Assembly (NCBI RefSeq): GCF_009914755.1
Contig: NC_060928.1
Strand: one strand, 5' to 3'
Origin: the human T2T-CHM13v2.0 reference genome, Homo sapiens
Length of the DNA stretch: 64,000 nucleotides
Part shown: positions 60,732-64,000 of the stretch, piece after piece
How the letters are laid out: every line of letters begins with the position of its first letter
Position numbering within the stretch: the stretch's first letter is position 1
Translations under genes and position numbers: made by a program
Notes under the pieces: model-generated
Databases searched by the model: none
What the model was told of the DNA's origin: nothing
What the model saw: the letters and a program-made list of their open reading frames with translations, nothing else

Positions 60732-60959
60732 CCTTCTCTGCTGGTTCCATTTCTTTTGACAACATACTTTTATATACCATGTACTACAAAACCCAAATAA
60801 ACAGACAAAATGTTTTTATTTACTGATCCTTAGGCTCCCTCATACTATCTCTTAATATCTCTGTACTATCCTGTAACATTACTATGTTAGTATACTTACC
60901 CTTCCCTCTTTATCCTGCTGTAATCTGCTTTTCATGCCTACTCATCATCTAAAATTGTA

Positions 60960-61092
60960 TTTTTTTCTTATTTTGAATTTTATTTATTATTTTTAAAAAG
61001 TAAATGTATATATTTGAGGTTTACAACATGATATTACGGGATACATATAGAAACACAGATACATATAGAAACACAGATACATATAGATAGTA
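60960..61092 (-). mobile_element. L1MA 3' tip containing an 18-bp tandem duplication
   Basis: 'tatatttgaggtttacaacatgatattacgggatacatataga'; gatacatatagaaacaca x2.6. Confidence 0.6.
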
Positions 61093-61106
61093 AGAAATTG
61101 TATTTT

Positions 61107-61344
61107 AAAAAAATATTTAAATTTATTATCTTTATTATTTGAGATAGGGCCTGCCTCTGTTGCCCAGGCTGGAGCACAGTAGCACAACCATAGCTCACTG
61201 CAGTCTTGAACTCCTGGGTTCAAGTGATTCTCCTACCTCAGCCTCCTGAGTAGTTGAGACTACAGGTGTGTGCCACCACACCCTGCTATTTTGTTTTATT
61301 TTATTTTATTTGTAGACAAAGTCTCGCTATGTTGCCCAGGCTGG
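61107..61344 (-). mobile_element. 5'-truncated AluJ
   Basis: Right arm plus partial left arm; TSD agaaattgtatttt. Confidence 0.88.
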
Positions 61345-63167
61345 AGAAATTGTATTTTTAAAGGTCAATATGGCTCCATTAAACAAAAATATTTCCTCCT
61401 GTGCTCATCTTCTTGCAAGTGTTGACACCATGGACTACTCCTATTGTTGATTCCCTCTGGGCTGTTTCTCTCTTCCCATCTTATCAATGTGCTCGCTGAC
61501 TTACATGAAAGATAAATTGCAGCAATCCACGTTGTTTACTTACTTGCTATTCTAGTCAATATTCCCTTCTGAGTCATCCTATACTGGTCTCCGCACCACA
61601 AATGTCTCTCTTCTCTGTCTTTCAAAGACCACCCCTTTCATGAAAACTTTGATACCAACCAGGGTATGTGAGTCCTCATCCCTCCTTTAAAAGAATGCAC
61701 TGATAGCACTTGTACATTTTTATGGCTTTCTCTTTGTTTTTGTTCTCATAATCTACTAATGTGCTTATCCTCCCTTTAGTTTTTAACTGATTTGGAGGCA
61801 GGATATCATTCTTTTATATAAGACTTTCACAGAAAACCTCATGAATCTGGGCATATGATAGGTCTATAATCTCTAACCTATACAAATATAAATACACCTT
61901 AAAATAGATGCTGTAAGGAGGCATGGTATATCTGATTTTCCCCACTTGTGAGCATGAAGGGGTGCTCAGTTGTACTGTACATGATAGTATAATTAAGGGA
62001 TATATTTATACATGAGGCTCGGTATACTTAATGTATAATGAAAAAAGAAGAATCCACTGAGAATGACTCATATCATATGGTGAGATTAAAAATATTTTAC
62101 TATAGGTAGTTCTGAAATGGTGAGCCTATATTTTAAAATTCCATCATATTATGTTTCAGGTAATACATTCTCTGTCATAGGATGTAAGGCTGAGAAAGCT
62201 ATTGCTTCGGAAAAAGTTAGTCAGGCCAGGACAGAAAGCCAGCAAACAAAAGACAACCCTCAACTCTTAAATTCTAGATGGATGTTAAACTCTGGGGTGA
62301 GATAAGAACTTGAAAGAAAAGGTTTCTAAGTGTGAAAGGCCTGTTGTTTTTGAGAATAATCAGCTCAAAGTTTGTTCCCTAAAGTGTATTTTTGAAAGAT
62401 TATATTATGGTATGAGGCAATTTTATGGCTAAAAATGAAACAAAAATATCTCTAGTGCTGAGATGAGGAAAGAGGGCATGAGAGGTAAAGTAAGAGTTAG
62501 TCTTTGATGAGTGTTTCAGCACAAGCTATCCCCATCCCTGGGCTAAAGTCTGCAGAGTTGGGGCAATAAATCAGTAAAATATCGACTATCTGAGAGCAGA
62601 AGAAACTTGTGTTCTATCTGGAATTTGGGTGTGAACAGCTGCCTTGGAGTTTTCCCTGTGCCAATACCGAGCAGGACAGTAGAACTGGCTCTTCCACGGG
62701 AAGAGGCTGCACACCTAGTGTAGTTTCCACATCCCCCAAATAAACAAGGTAGGGACATGCGAATCTCTGTTCCATGAGGAGAGGTGATGACTCTGGAGCT
62801 ATAGACACAACATGGTTCATATAAGATGAGTTCATTATAGGATATAAATGCCCTCCTATGATGCTATGATGTTCTGTATGTAAAACTTAGAATACTTGTA
62901 ACTTTGGCATTTTCTTAGGGAGAAAGAAGTGACTCAGTCTAAACCTTAAATGACTGAGAAGAACTGGGATTCCTTGATCATATAATCTGCCATCAGGATG
63001 AATGGCATTATGAAGTAGACAGGATGTTGTCTAAAAATTTTTGTAAAGCAAAATTTTTATACAACCGTATATATATGACTAAAATGTCACATGGGAGAGC
63101 ACAGTATGCATCAAACATTGGTTGCAATTCCTTAGTAGGCCATCAATTAACTTAATTGCATCCAGCA

Positions 63168-63969
<802 letters not shown>

Positions 63970-64000
63970 GTAGGATTCTAGGAAAGCACAGATTATCATA

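Noticed and set aside
60095-60780. 147-aa and 119-aa ORFs
   Set aside because: GC-rich MER52/LTR1-family LTR sequence.

Overview
This is a primate (human-like), AT-rich, repeat-dense window with no intact protein-coding gene, RNA gene or CRISPR array that I can support. It holds three full-length or near-full-length degenerate L1PA elements, older L1PB/L1M pieces, about 15 Alu/Alu-monomer copies, a BC200 retrocopy, several solo LTRs (MER11, LTR8A, MER57, MER34-like, MLT1, MST), a decayed ERVL internal region and DNA transposons (Zaphod-like hAT, Tigger2a). The main unexplained structure is in the unique sequence between repeats. On the minus strand, about 7907-36047 carries a chain of up to about 20 exon-like segments with splice signals and mostly compatible intron phases. 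The chain is scarred by stop codons, frameshifts, dead splice sites and an Alu insertion, consistent with a long-dead multi-exon (possibly unitary) pseudogene whose protein I do not recognise. Other notable events are an L1 with a ~140-bp 5' transduction, apparent gene conversion between two tandem L1s, a prematurely polyadenylated L1PB insert, a perfect 53-bp triplication inside an old AluJ, and a head-to-head Alu deletion junction with a templated palindromic insert. Repeat subfamily names are from memory of consensus sequences and need RepeatMasker/Dfam confirmation.
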